NCBI GenBank assembly: GCA_963806185.1
Contig: CAWDXE010000001.1
Coordinates: forward strand, 1,024,001-1,088,000
Reading direction: 5' to 3'
From: an uncultured candidate division Zixibacteria bacterium
Lineage (GTDB): Bacteria > Zixibacteria > MSB-5A5 > GN15 > FEB-12
Length of the DNA: 64,000 nucleotides
This document shows positions 8,158 through 18,296 of this stretch, piece by piece (position 1 is the first letter of the stretch; the number at the start of each line of letters is the position of its first letter). The translations under genes were made by a program, and so were the position numbers. Below the pieces are notes generated by a model. That model did not search any database, had not been told where the DNA came from, and saw only the letters and a program-made list of their open reading frames with translations.

Positions 8158-10608
8158 CTAAAACAGTTCGAGTGACACCTGCGTCCAGAACGATCGTTCC
8201 GGCGCCACATAATATTCCGCCCACCCGCCGACTATCGTCGCACCGGCGTCCGTGTAAGCGTAGTTGCCGCCGTATCCTGAGGCTTCATACTTCATGTCAA
8301 ACAGATTGTCGACCCGCCCCGAGAAGACCAAATTGCCGCCAAGTACGTTGCCGAGCGTGTACGCCGCCGACAGCGAGGCTGTCGCGAACGGTTTGATCGC
8401 CAGCGAGTCGATATTGAACAGTTCCATATACTGCGTACCCACAAACCGTCCTCGTGCCGTCAATCGCCAGTTGTGCAGCTGAGCGTCGGCCACCACACTC
8501 CCCAGGTAATCAGGAGCATTGACAATCTTCTTGTCAGCGAAATCGACCACGATGCCGTCGATCTCCGGAGCGTAGTCTTTCACCCGATTGTAGTTGAGCG
8601 ACAGGTTCCCCGTCACATTCAACCACGGTGTCGCTTTCATACCGCCGGAACATTCAATTCCAGCGTGCACCGATCGATCGGCGTTTACCGTCATCGCCAA
8701 CCCGGTCGAGGCATTGATACCGCCGTACGGAAGAATCTCATCACGGAAATCCATCCAGAAGAAATTCACTCCGGCCTGGTACCGGTCGCTCCGGTACTCT
8801 CCCCCCAGTTCGAGATCGTACACCCGTTCGCTCTTCGCGGTAGGGTCACCAAACGTGAAGACCGAGTCACCCGATGCGCTCGTACTGATGTTGAGGACTT
8901 CGAGCGACGGCCGTGCGTGCGGGTCACTCGCGTCGTACATCGCCGCGTCGGTGGGCGTGCGCGACGACACCGAAAAGTTGGTGTAGAGTCGCAGTCGTTG
9001 GGTTGGTGCATAATTGATTCCGAGCCTCGGGGAGAGAAACAGCCAGTCGACGTCGTACTGATACCCCGGAAAGGCACCCAGCGTCTTTTGGTCAAAATCG
9101 TACCGCTGATACCGAAATTGCGCCGTCGCCTGCATCGATAGCCGCTCGCTCAAGCGATAGTGTTCCTGTGCGAACAGAGAGCCGACTTGCTTCGTACCGC
9201 GGTACTGATAATATCTATGGCGCGGATCGAGCGTGCCGCTCAGATGTTGGGCCCAAACCACCTGCCCCCAGTGATCGGAATCGAACAGATAGAACGAACC
9301 GCCGAACGAATGCGTGCCGCGCGAGTGTTCGATATCGAGCCGCGGATTCCATCCGACCTGACTCTTCTCCACCCACTGCTGACGCACCGCCGACCCGAAC
9401 GTCTCACCATCCGTCTGTGAATCGTCAATGTCGTATTCGGCGTACAACGCGCTGTCCTTGAATTGCTCGTAATACCCCTTGCCGCGGATATAGTACAACG
9501 TGTTTTGCAGCGTCACCTTTTCGGAAAGCTGGTAGGTGTTGTGCAATTGATAGTGCGGCTGATTGAAATTGTCGGTCTCGTTATCGTAGTGGAACGGGTT
9601 GTATCTGCGGTCGCCCGCCAGCGTTTCCCGGTCGGCGCCGTAGTATGACAGATGCATCCGCATCGGTCCGCCGTATACGTACAGCTCGGTCGTCATTCTC
9701 GGGTCGATCCGCGCGACCGAAAAGTAATACGCCCATCCTTCGTACCAGCTGTTTTCGCGATATCCGCCTGTCTTCTGTCGCGAGTACCGTCCGGCGAACT
9801 GCCACTGGCCGTCCACCAGTCCGGATGAATATTCCAGACTTTGCCGATAGATGTCACTCACCTGCTTTCCGTCCGACATGTACCCGCCATACCCGTTGGT
9901 TACTTTCATCGCGCGCGGGCGGCCGAGAGAGTTGGTTACGGCGTTAATCGAGCCGCCGAACGAGGCGTCTCCGTAGAGCGAATTGCCAACGCCGCGCTGC
10001 ACCTGTATGTCGGTGATGGTCGACGCAAAATCCGGCAGATCGGTAAAGTAGGTCGCCTGATCCTCGGGATCGTTGAGCGGGACACCGTTGATGTAGGTCG
10101 ATATCCGCTTGTCATCGAAGCCCCGAATGTTCAGGTAACTGTAGCCGAGCGACGCACCCCCGTCGGAAAAGGCATACACGTTGGGCGTCGATTCCAGCAG
10201 GAGCGGAAACTCCCCGACCGTGTAGTCGCGTTTGATCTGATCGGTGGAGTAGTTGGAAAACGCGGATGGTGTGACTCCGGCGGCGGCTCGGTCCGAGCGC
10301 ACGATTATGTCAGCCTGCCGATAGTAAATCGGCTGCAAAACCACCGGATCGGGAATCTCGCCGATTCTGAACTGCTGCGCCGCGTATCCGACCGACGAAA
10401 ACGTGACCCGCGTCACGTCGCTGGACGGATCCAGTTGATATCGCCCGGTCGAGTCGGTCATCGTGCCAACGGCACGCACATTGGTGACCACCGATACGCC
10501 CAGCAGCGGCCGGTTTTCCGGGTCGGTTACCCGGCCGGTCTGAGTCGCGGCCCTGCCCAGCGATGCCAGACAGAGCACAGCCAGGGTCAAGTGAATGAAA
10601 CGTTTCAT
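8158..10608 (-). CDS. TonB-dependent outer-membrane receptor, probable thiamine uptake
   Basis: Signal peptide, N-terminal carboxypeptidase-regulatory-like domain, plug motifs (IRGFD..RI..YINGVPLND, IQVQRG, FGGSIN), NLFD and terminal Phe. Confidence 0.9.
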   Translation of the reverse strand: MKRFIHLTLAVLCLASLGRAATQTGRVTDPENRPLLGVSVVTNVRAVGTMTDSTGRYQLDPSSDVTRVTFSSVGYAAQQFRIGEIPDPVVLQPIYYRQADIIVRSDRAAAGVTPSAFSNYSTDQIKRDYTVGEFPLLLESTPNVYAFSDGGASLGYSYLNIRGFDDKRISTYINGVPLNDPEDQATYFTDLPDFASTITDIQVQRGVGNSLYGDASFGGSINAVTNSLGRPRAMKVTNGYGGYMSDGKQVSDIYRQSLEYSSGLVDGQWQFAGRYSRQKTGGYRENSWYEGWAYYFSVARIDPRMTTELYVYGGPMRMHLSYYGADRETLAGDRRYNPFHYDNETDNFNQPHYQLHNTYQLSEKVTLQNTLYYIRGKGYYEQFKDSALYAEYDIDDSQTDGETFGSAVRQQWVEKSQVGWNPRLDIEHSRGTHSFGGSFYLFDSDHWGQVVWAQHLSGTLDPRHRYYQYRGTKQVGSLFAQEHYRLSERLSMQATAQFRYQRYDFDQKTLGAFPGYQYDVDWLFLSPRLGINYAPTQRLRLYTNFSVSSRTPTDAAMYDASDPHARPSLEVLNISTSASGDSVFTFGDPTAKSERVYDLELGGEYRSDRYQAGVNFFWMDFRDEILPYGGINASTGLAMTVNADRSVHAGIECSGGMKATPWLNVTGNLSLNYNRVKDYAPEIDGIVVDFADKKIVNAPDYLGSVVADAQLHNWRLTARGRFVGTQYMELFNIDSLAIKPFATASLSAAYTLGNVLGGNLVFSGRVDNLFDMKYEASGYGGNYAYTDAGATIVGGWAEYYVAPERSFWTQVSLELF

Positions 10609-10719
10609 GACAGCAACCTCGCGTTAACGGTTTACGTTTAGCAAGATTCCGTCCTGAATCGATAGGTGAGCCCGCATACATGCGGACAGAGGGGATGTAG
10701 GAGTTCGTCTCTCCATCGC

Positions 10720-10800
10720 CGTTTCCCTACGCCGGTATTACCCGGATCAGGTCAAGGGGGTATGATCTCAGGCGGTCTTTTACGCCACCCCCAACGGAAC
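10720..10800 (-). ncRNA. TPP riboswitch (THI element)
   Basis: Minus strand GGGGTGGCG...CGCCTGAGATCATACCCCCTTGACCTGATCCGGGTAATACCGGCGTAGGGAA contains the CUGAGA, ACCUGA and UAAU..CG.AGGGA hallmarks. Confidence 0.95.
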
Positions 10801-10893
10801 TATTCTGTTTTCGCTTTCAATATGCTTTGCCGAAATCTCCGCGCAAGCCCTTTTTTGCCGCCATCGGATGCGTGCCACAAGCTATCGCGGTTG

Positions 10894-11766
10894 TCACTTC
10901 TTCGGCGGACCATTCTTGATCCGCTCGTCCATGGCACCAAAGACGTACCCCCAGGCGTTGTCAAAGTAGTTATATACCTCATCCCATTTCGGACCCTCTC
11001 CCCACCCCTGGTGCGTCAGCCGCACGCGCGTTTGTCCCGCGTCGATCGGTTCAAATTCAACCACGACATATGTGTGTTTCTTCCGCATCTCGCCGAATTT
11101 TGGCGGTGCGTTCCACGTGAACGAAACAAACTTGTTCTCCAGATAGCTCAACACGCGGCACCCCTCCGATCCCCGCTCGCCGACCGGAGCATCCAGCGAA
11201 AACAGAATTTCATACGGGCCGCCGACGGTCAATTGCACTTTGGCTTGCGCGGCAAAGAATTCTTCGAGTCCTTCTTTGGTCGTCCAGAGTCGATAGACCT
11301 CAGCCACCGGCGCCGCTACCACTGTGTCCTTGACAATTTTCCGCCCCCCGCTCACCGGGATTTGTGTCTGCAGTCCGTCGCCGCGCCAGTCCGCCGGCCC
11401 CAAAGAAATGATATACGGGTGCAGTTCCGCCGTGAAAATACCCGCCTTTACCGCCGGATCATCAGCCATGATCCCCTTTGCTTCATCCTCGCTTGTGGTG
11501 CGAACAATGACAAGACCGTAGGCCGCGTCCTCACACGGTCCGGCCAGCAGCAACTTGCCTTCGGCCTGAAGTTTCTGCAGTCGAACAAAGTGGGCGCCTA
11601 GGACCGCCTGCTCGTCGGGCGTGACCGTCTGCAGGAAATCCGCGCGCGAGGGTCGCAGAAGAATCAGATAGCTTTTGGTTTCAATCACTTGTTCGTCTCC
11701 CTTCGCCGGCAGCGGATCAATAAGCATAAGAAACGTCATAGCGAGCGCGAAAATGGCTTTCATCAT
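10894..11766 (-). CDS. Exported YCII-domain + SRPBCC (AHSA1-like) fusion protein
   Basis: Signal-like N-terminus; YCII motifs H..RL..L..EG.LLLAGP and DPAVKAG; SRPBCC motifs GGPYEILF, SFTWNAP and LTHQGW. Confidence 0.75.
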   Translation of the reverse strand: MMKAIFALAMTFLMLIDPLPAKGDEQVIETKSYLILLRPSRADFLQTVTPDEQAVLGAHFVRLQKLQAEGKLLLAGPCEDAAYGLVIVRTTSEDEAKGIMADDPAVKAGIFTAELHPYIISLGPADWRGDGLQTQIPVSGGRKIVKDTVVAAPVAEVYRLWTTKEGLEEFFAAQAKVQLTVGGPYEILFSLDAPVGERGSEGCRVLSYLENKFVSFTWNAPPKFGEMRKKHTYVVVEFEPIDAGQTRVRLTHQGWGEGPKWDEVYNYFDNAWGYVFGAMDERIKNGPPKK

Positions 11767-12090
11767 TTCTCCCGTTTGAGCGTAGAGTTCTATTGGCGGC
11801 GAGACCAAATTGGCCTTTCCGACAAGGTCTGTCAAGATTACTTTTTGAACTCTTGAACACTAACCCTGGCCCGCTCTCGGCCAGGCCAGTTTGAACTATT
11901 CATCGTGGACGTTCGCTATCCATAAGTATCGATCCCACAAATAGTTGCCGGACCGCACCGGCACGTGCTATCTTATTAATGGGAAGAGTAGGTGCGTCGC
12001 TTCTCGAATTCAAAATGGTGATGTTTGCACAGTGGCCGACGGACTTCCAGTGTATACTCTATATGGACGTTCAACGAGAGGACGGTTGTG

Positions 12091-12927
12091 ATGACGAAGA
12101 AACGATCCGACGAAGATATCAAGACCGCCGTGCGCGAACACTACGCCGCGGCGATAACTCAGTCGCAGCCCTGCTGTGGACCGAAAATCACTCAGCTCGG
12201 GCCGGAGACATCGGGAAACTTCATCACGCTGGCCGGCTATTCGGCCGGGGACATTGCCCAGATGCCCGAATCGGTCACCTCGTTTGGCTGCGGCAATCCG
12301 GTGAACTTCATGGATGTCAGACCCGGCCAGACCGTGCTCGACCTCGGCTCGGGTGCCGGGCTGGATCTGATTCTGGCCGCTCGTAAAGTCGGACCGAACG
12401 GCAAGGTGATCGGTCTTGATATGACCCCGGAAATGATTGCCGTCTGCAAAAAGAACCTGGCCCAGGCAGGCGTGAAAAATTACGAAGTCCTGCACGGCGA
12501 AATGGAAGCGATGCCCATCCCTGCCGGCACGGTTGACTGGATCATTTCCAACTGTGTGATCAATCTCTCACCCGACAAAGCGAAAGTATTTGCCGAGGCG
12601 TATCGCGTGCTCAAGCCGGGCGGGCAGATTTTGGTCTCCGACATTGTGGCCATGGGAATGCCTGATGAATTTCGCGACGACATCCGTGCCTGGGTCGGCT
12701 GCATCGCCGGTGCTCTGGAAGAAGAAGACTACCTGAACCACGCGCGGAGAGCCGGATTCACGGATGTCAAAGTAGTGGATAAACTGGTGTACACCGCCGA
12801 GACGCTAAACACCCTGGCCAACGGCGACTGCGGATGCGGCACGGCCGGTAAGCCGATTGCCCAATCGGCGATCGACCGGTACGCCGGGAAGATCGCGAGT
12901 GTGAAGGTGTACGCCCGTCGGTCGTGA
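12091..12927 (+). CDS. arsM: Arsenite S-adenosylmethionine methyltransferase
   Basis: CCG, SFGCGNP, VLDLGSGAGLD, GLDMTPEM, ISNCVINLSPDK and WVGCIAGAL (conserved ArsM cysteines). Confidence 0.88.
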   Translation: MTKKRSDEDIKTAVREHYAAAITQSQPCCGPKITQLGPETSGNFITLAGYSAGDIAQMPESVTSFGCGNPVNFMDVRPGQTVLDLGSGAGLDLILAARKVGPNGKVIGLDMTPEMIAVCKKNLAQAGVKNYEVLHGEMEAMPIPAGTVDWIISNCVINLSPDKAKVFAEAYRVLKPGGQILVSDIVAMGMPDEFRDDIRAWVGCIAGALEEEDYLNHARRAGFTDVKVVDKLVYTAETLNTLANGDCGCGTAGKPIAQSAIDRYAGKIASVKVYARRS

Positions 12928-12932
12928 CCGGC

Positions 12933-13718
12933 CTAGGCGACTTCCTTTCGCTGCAAGATATCGCCGCAGATACTGACTACGGTCACCGTGACCGGGAAAT
13001 CTGCCCCTGCGTTGGCGCGCGCCGTCATCGCGGCCTGGGCCAAACCGCCGCAGCAAGGCACTTCCATGAGCACGACTTCGAGCGACTTCAACTCGTTGAG
13101 TTGGAATATCTGAGTCAGCTTCTCGACATAGAATGGGAGATTGTCAAGTTTCGGACAGGCGATTGCCAGCGCCTTGCCGGTGAGCATTTCCGAATGAAAC
13201 CCGGCATGCGCAAACGGCACACAATCGGCCGCCAGCAAAAGATCGGCATTGCGGAAATAGGGAGCCTGTGGCGATACCAGCATCAGTTGCACAGGCCACT
13301 GGCGCAGCGACGACGGCTGGGGAGTGGATGCCAAGACAGCGGTCGGCACACTCTGAGGTGACCACTGTCGCATCGACGATCCGGGGCAACCGCTCTGATG
13401 AGCTGCGGGCCGCGGGCCCGGTGTGTGCGCGCCCATTGACAGCGGCGCCCGCTGAATGTGCGTTACCTTCGCCTGCTCCAGGTTGGCCGCGACCGCCAGC
13501 TCGTCATAGGCCTCGACTTCACGTCGCTCGATCGTCAACGCGCCGGTCGGACAGTGACCCAGACAGGCCCCGGCACCGTCGCAGTACTTCTCCGTTTTCA
13601 GTCGCGCTTTCCCATTGACGATTTCCAGCGCCCCCTCGGCGCATTTGCTGATGCAATCTCCGCATCCGTCGCAGAGCGCTTCGTCAATTCGGATGATATC
13701 ACGTACAACTTTTGGCAT
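12933..13718 (-). CDS. 4Fe-4S dicluster protein of the type usually linked to hcp / nitrosative stress
   Basis: CDGCGDC...C and CDGAGACLGHCP; GCPGS, LRQWPVQL, ADCVPFA, ACPKLD and MEVPCCGGL. Start placed at 13718 (SD GAGGG). Confidence 0.8.
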   Translation of the reverse strand: MPKVVRDIIRIDEALCDGCGDCISKCAEGALEIVNGKARLKTEKYCDGAGACLGHCPTGALTIERREVEAYDELAVAANLEQAKVTHIQRAPLSMGAHTPGPRPAAHQSGCPGSSMRQWSPQSVPTAVLASTPQPSSLRQWPVQLMLVSPQAPYFRNADLLLAADCVPFAHAGFHSEMLTGKALAIACPKLDNLPFYVEKLTQIFQLNELKSLEVVLMEVPCCGGLAQAAMTARANAGADFPVTVTVVSICGDILQRKEVA

Positions 13719-13776
13719 AACACCCTCAGGCTTCATGTGTTTCGCCATAAGATCGGTCGCCGTGGTGTCATCCACC

Positions 13777-13790
13777 TTGACTTAAATCAA
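13777..13790. promoter_or_regulatory. FNR/DNR-type box
   Basis: TTGAC-TTAA-ATCAA, one mismatch to TTGAT-N4-ATCAA; lies between the Crp/Fnr gene and the Fe-S gene. Confidence 0.75.
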
Positions 13791-13828
13791 CGGCTGTTAA
13801 TTGAATGGCTCCGGATTGATATAATCCA

Positions 13829-14533
13829 CTATCGCTCATGGGGATCAAGCCCCGCCAATTGCCTCAGGCGGACCCGATCGAGGACCTCTATGCGCGGTCC
13901 GTCGACCGAAATAACCTGATCCCGTATCAAGCGGGCTAATGATCGCGAGAGCGTCTCGGGAATAGTACCAAGCTGGGACGCCAGGACAGTCTTCTTCTCG
14001 ACCAACGTGATTACCGGTTGTTTCGACTTCGACTGCTCGTCCAGCGCGCCTATCAGATAGTGGGCCAGTCGAGTCGTCACGTCAGTCAACGACAACTCCT
14101 CCACCAGCTTTGTCATCTTCCGCAGCAACACCGATAGCCGGGCAATCAGATTGACTGCCAGTTCCGGATTGCGCCCCAGCAGCGCCACAAACCTGTCTCG
14201 TCCGATTACCACCATCTCAGTGTCTTCGAGAGCCTGTGCTGATGCCGGATAGCTGCTTCCCGAAAAGAGCGCCGCTTCGGCGAAACTGTCGCCGGGCCCG
14301 GCAATCATCAAGATCTGCTCCTTGCCGTCAGCCGACAACTTGAACACTTTGACCCGACCCGTGCCGACAAGATAAAACGCCCGGGCTGGATCCCCTTCGG
14401 TGAACAGCAACTCATCGCGACTTGCCGTCCGGATTGATGCACTCGCCGCAACATCGTCCAACGATCGATTATCCAGTTGGGAGAACAACTGCGATGACGC
14501 CACAATTGACTTTACCGAATTTGCCGTGGTCAT
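13829..14533 (-). CDS. Crp/Fnr family transcriptional regulator (DNR/HcpR-like)
   Basis: cNMP-like domain (LFTEGD, GRVKVFK, FAEAALF) and HTH LGTIPETLSRSL; no FNR cysteine cluster. Confidence 0.92.
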   Translation of the reverse strand: MTTANSVKSIVASSQLFSQLDNRSLDDVAASASIRTASRDELLFTEGDPARAFYLVGTGRVKVFKLSADGKEQILMIAGPGDSFAEAALFSGSSYPASAQALEDTEMVVIGRDRFVALLGRNPELAVNLIARLSVLLRKMTKLVEELSLTDVTTRLAHYLIGALDEQSKSKQPVITLVEKKTVLASQLGTIPETLSRSLARLIRDQVISVDGPRIEVLDRVRLRQLAGLDPHER

Positions 14534-14571
14534 GGAGGGAAGATAGATTTTTGTGGAGAAAAACGAAAGGA

Positions 14572-14928
14572 CTACAGGAGACTGTTGAGCAGGCGCTCAA
14601 TATCCGACATCATCAGCGGCTTGCCCAAAAAGCCGTCGGCCTTATGCTCACCCATGCGCGCTTCGGCGTCACCCACGGAATAACCGGAGATCAAAATCAC
14701 CAGCATCTTGGGGTAGCGGGTCTTCACCTCGCTGAGCAGTTCCAGCCCGGTCATGTTGGGCATGCGCATGTCGGTGATGACCATGGAGAAGCCGCCCTTT
14801 TCCAGCTCGGCCAGCGCTTCATTGCCGTCAGAGGCGCGAACTGAGGCATAGTCAAAGACTTCGAGCATCTCCGAAAGGAGGGAAGACATGTTCGGATTGT
14901 CATCGACTATCAATATCTTCTTGGTCAT
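14572..14928 (-). CDS. Single-domain response regulator (receiver)
   Basis: ILIVDD, ITDMRMP, ISGY and KP. Confidence 0.93.
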   Translation of the reverse strand: MTKKILIVDDNPNMSSLLSEMLEVFDYASVRASDGNEALAELEKGGFSMVITDMRMPNMTGLELLSEVKTRYPKMLVILISGYSVGDAEARMGEHKADGFLGKPLMMSDIERLLNSLL

Positions 14929-14978
14929 TCCGATCCTCGTCTTAAGGGCGGTATCGGCAGGACCAAAAAAAAGTTGAG

Positions 14979-16085
14979 TCAGTTTCTGTCAGCCATGGAT
15001 TGGTTGTAAGCCGAGATGATCTCGGCCTGGAGCGTGCTGATGCCCCGCTTTTCGAGGGCGGATACGGCTACTTTTCGATCACCGTTCAGCTCCGGCGGGA
15101 CGAAATCGGGCAACCGGTCAAGCTTGTTAAATACCAATATGTACGGGATCTTCTCCGCGCCGATTTCCTCCAGCACGCGCTCGGTCTGTTGAATCGTCTC
15201 TTCCAGATGAGCATCAGACACATCGATAACATGTAACAGCAAATCGGCCGTGCACACTTCCTCCAGCGTCGATTTGAATGATTCGACAAGTTGGTGCGGC
15301 AGCTTCTTGATGAATCCGACCGTATCGGAGAAAATGATCTGCGCCGGGTACCCCACCGACATTTGACGGGTCGTTGAATCCAGTGTCGTAAAGAGTTGAT
15401 TGGCGGTGGTCACGCCCGACTTGGTGAGCAGATTAAAGAGCGTCGATTTCCCGGCATTGGTATATCCCACCAGCGCCACCTTGAACAGTTCCTGACGCCC
15501 CTTGCGCTGGGTCGCCCGTTGCCGGTCCAGTTTCGCCAACTTCTCTTTGAGATGTGCGATCTTCGTGCGAACCTGCCGGCGGTCGATTTCCAACTGTGTT
15601 TCGCCTGGTCCCTTGGTGCCGATGCCACCATACTGCTTGGAGAAATGCACCCATGCACCGGTCAGCCGTGGCAGTGTGTACTCCAGTTGGGCCAGTTCCA
15701 CCTGCAATTTGGCGGCAGCGGTACGAGCCCGGGTGGCGAAGATATCCAAAATCAGAATCGGCCGGTCGATGACCTTGACCTCGAGTTCTTTCTCGAGATT
15801 CCGCTGCTGTCCGGCGGAGAGCGTATCGTCAAAAATCACCGTGTCGGCGCCCAGTTCTTTGAGCGCCTGCTTCAACTCGCTCACCAATCCCTTCCCCACA
15901 AACAACGCCGGATCGGGCCGCGGACGCACCTGCACCCGCCGTCCCACGACTCTGGCGTTGGCCGATGTTGCCAGTCGACCAAGTTCATCCAAAGATTGCT
16001 CGACAGCGGGGCGGTCGGTGGAGCGCTGAGCCACGCCAATGAGAAAGACTTTCTCTGTTGCGGTTGTACCGTGTTCTCTAATCAT
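14979..16085 (-). CDS. hflX: GTPase HflX
   Basis: [26 protein letters not shown] and NKLD. The ORF-track TTG at 16124 coincides with a TTGACA-16-TATCTT promoter, so the start was moved to ATG 16085. Confidence 0.96.
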   Translation of the reverse strand: MIREHGTTATEKVFLIGVAQRSTDRPAVEQSLDELGRLATSANARVVGRRVQVRPRPDPALFVGKGLVSELKQALKELGADTVIFDDTLSAGQQRNLEKELEVKVIDRPILILDIFATRARTAAAKLQVELAQLEYTLPRLTGAWVHFSKQYGGIGTKGPGETQLEIDRRQVRTKIAHLKEKLAKLDRQRATQRKGRQELFKVALVGYTNAGKSTLFNLLTKSGVTTANQLFTTLDSTTRQMSVGYPAQIIFSDTVGFIKKLPHQLVESFKSTLEEVCTADLLLHVIDVSDAHLEETIQQTERVLEEIGAEKIPYILVFNKLDRLPDFVPPELNGDRKVAVSALEKRGISTLQAEIISAYNQSMADRN

Positions 16086-16253
16086 GTCTACCGGCAAAGA
16101 TACCCCATTATTCGCACCTGTCAAATGGCAACTCGTTGGACGAAACGTTCTTGCGTGCGATTATTCGATGTGGACAGGGCGGCTCCAACATCATATATTG
16201 GTCTGGTCCGAGTAAACCGGCATCCCAATCACGTACTCTTGCGCGAGCGTACC

Positions 16254-17084
16254 ATGCCCGAGCCTGATGAGCAACTTAGCGAACGCCAACATCGCGAACA
16301 GGAATTCTACGACACGTATCGTCCGAAAAACGTCGTCAAAAGGGTCACCTTCGATTACGTCTTCGACCAGGTTTCCCGGCCGTGGAATTCCTATTGGTGT
16401 ACCTACAACGAAGTTTTCAGTCGGTTTCGCGATCCCTCACAACGACTGCTCGATTTTGGCTGTGGCCCCGGTGTCGGCTCAATTCGCTACGCCCGTCGGG
16501 GATATGTAGTGCATGGCTTTGATATTTCGGAAGCCAATATCGCCAATTGTCGCATGCTGGCGCAGACTTACGGCGTGGCCGATCGCACGTCCTTCTCGTC
16601 ACACGTTGCCGAAATTCTCCCCTACGATGACGAGTATTTCGATGTCGTCGTCGGCATGGATATCCTGCATCACATCGATATTCCCGTGGCTATCGGCGAG
16701 GTCAGACGGGTACTGAAGCCGGGCGGCGTGGCCGTCTTTCGGGAATGCATTGAAGCGCCCGTCTGGGATGCCGTTCGCAACTGGCGTCTCGTCACTCGTT
16801 TCTACCCCAAAGAAGCATCATTCGACACGCATATCACCGCCGACGAGCGCAAGATCAACGAGCATGACCTGGCCACCATCACGGGCATGTTCGAGGAGTA
16901 TCAGGTGCGACGCTTCGGGATTGTTAGCCGGTTGCACCGCTTGGTTCACGATCCCCGGCAGAAAGTGCTCGGGGGCCTGCAGCGGTTTGATTATTACCTG
17001 ACCAAGGTGGTGCCGCCAATCAGAAAGTTTGGCGGCGAACTGCTTCTCGTCCTGGAAAAGCGCCAGTCGCCGGCCGCTTCGTAG
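16254..17084 (+). CDS. Class I SAM-dependent methyltransferase
   Basis: LLDFGCGPG, GFDIS, ILHH and RVLKPGG; the upstream part of ORF 15396 is only antisense to hflX. Confidence 0.88.
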   Translation: MPEPDEQLSERQHREQEFYDTYRPKNVVKRVTFDYVFDQVSRPWNSYWCTYNEVFSRFRDPSQRLLDFGCGPGVGSIRYARRGYVVHGFDISEANIANCRMLAQTYGVADRTSFSSHVAEILPYDDEYFDVVVGMDILHHIDIPVAIGEVRRVLKPGGVAVFRECIEAPVWDAVRNWRLVTRFYPKEASFDTHITADERKINEHDLATITGMFEEYQVRRFGIVSRLHRLVHDPRQKVLGGLQRFDYYLTKVVPPIRKFGGELLLVLEKRQSPAAS

Positions 17085-17102
17085 TCGAAAGGCGCAAACG
17101 AC

Positions 17103-17297
17103 CTATCCCTGGAATCCGCACGTCTTATGCGTGCCGTCACAAAACGGCTTGTCCTGTGACTGCCCGCACCGACACAGTGAGAACATCCCCTCTTTCTCAA
17201 CCACCGAACCGTCGGGCATTATGATTTCCGCCTTCATGCATTCCACCTTCGCGGAACCATTCGGCTTGATTCTGATCCGCACATTTCCTAGTTCCAT
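17103..17297 (-). CDS. CDGSH iron-sulfur domain protein
   Basis: LCRCGQSQDKPFCDGTH motif. Confidence 0.92.
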   Translation of the reverse strand: MELGNVRIRIKPNGSAKVECMKAEIIMPDGSVVEKEGMFSLCRCGQSQDKPFCDGTHKTCGFQG

Positions 17298-17371
17298 ATG
17301 CTCCTCACATCTGATGTTTACGCAGTGAACGGTGCCGGCGCCCGTCGACTGAAAGATGATGCCGGAAGCGG

Positions 17372-17959
17372 CTAGGACGGACGGGTCTCTGACGGCTCCG
17401 GAGCAGTCGGCGGTTTCCCCTTTTGTAGGAATACCAACTGGATCATGAGCAAAATCAGGGAGCAGGTGATCGCCGAGTCGGCGACATTAAACGTCCAGAA
17501 CCGATCGAGTTGATAAAACGACAGGTGGATATCCGGAATGTCGATGTCAACAAAATCGACTACCTTCCCCAGCCGGATACGATCGATCAGATTCCCCACC
17601 GCCCCCGCCGCCATGAAAGCCAGCGGCCAGGCAATGGCCCTCTGCGTACGGTGTATCCAAAGATACCAGGCCAGAATCGGTAGAATTATCAGGGCCATTA
17701 TCGTGTACATCACGGGTGATCCAAACCGGGTCCCCATCGCCCCCCCTTCGTTGTACACCAGCGTGAATTGAACGAAAGTCCCCCACAATTGATAGGGCGG
17801 GCGGCCACTGAGTGCCGCAACCGCCCATACTTTGGTAATCTGATCGAGAATAATGACGGCCAGGAAGATTATTACCGGCCAAAGAAGAAGTCGTCGCTCA
17901 GCTGCGTCCAGTCTTTTGATCCTCTTCAGCCGATTTGCACTGGATGCACAGGCGAGCAT
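17372..17959 (-). CDS. lspA: Lipoprotein signal peptidase II (start uncertain, possibly near 17911)
   Basis: DQITK, N.GGA.G, GAVGNLIDR, VVDF and FNVAD. Confidence 0.93.
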   Translation of the reverse strand: MLACASSANRLKRIKRLDAAERRLLLWPVIIFLAVIILDQITKVWAVAALSGRPPYQLWGTFVQFTLVYNEGGAMGTRFGSPVMYTIMALIILPILAWYLWIHRTQRAIAWPLAFMAAGAVGNLIDRIRLGKVVDFVDIDIPDIHLSFYQLDRFWTFNVADSAITCSLILLMIQLVFLQKGKPPTAPEPSETRPS

Positions 17960-18284
17960 GGGGCACCGCCTCGAGCCGCGCGGCCGAAATCGGCTTCTTG
18001 CAGCTCTCGCAGAGACCGTAGGTCCCTTCTTTTATACGCCGCAGGGCCTGATCGATATGGTAGACCAGCCGGCCCGACTTCGACGCAAACAGGAACGCCA
18101 TCTCACGGTCCATCGTATCGGTCCCTTGGTCCGCCATGTGGTACGAATACGCCGAGAGATCGCCGGTCGCTTCACGCGTGGTCGACCCGCCATAACTGTC
18201 CCCAACCACGCCCATCTCGTCCAACATCTCTTTCTTCTTCGCCAGGAGCAATGTCTCGTACTTTTTGAGTTCCGTATCCTTCAT
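17898..18284 (-). CDS. TraR/DksA C4-type zinc-finger protein
   Basis: HMADQGTD, GTYGLCESC and RLEAVPHARLCIQC. Confidence 0.92.
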   Translation of the reverse strand: MKDTELKKYETLLLAKKKEMLDEMGVVGDSYGGSTTREATGDLSAYSYHMADQGTDTMDREMAFLFASKSGRLVYHIDQALRRIKEGTYGLCESCKKPISAARLEAVPHARLCIQCKSAEEDQKTGRS

Positions 18285-18296
18285 GTCCGCTCCCAC

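Noticed and set aside
15396..16253. 562-aa ORF as one protein
   Set aside because: The N-terminal half is antisense to hflX; only 16254-17084 has methyltransferase motifs.
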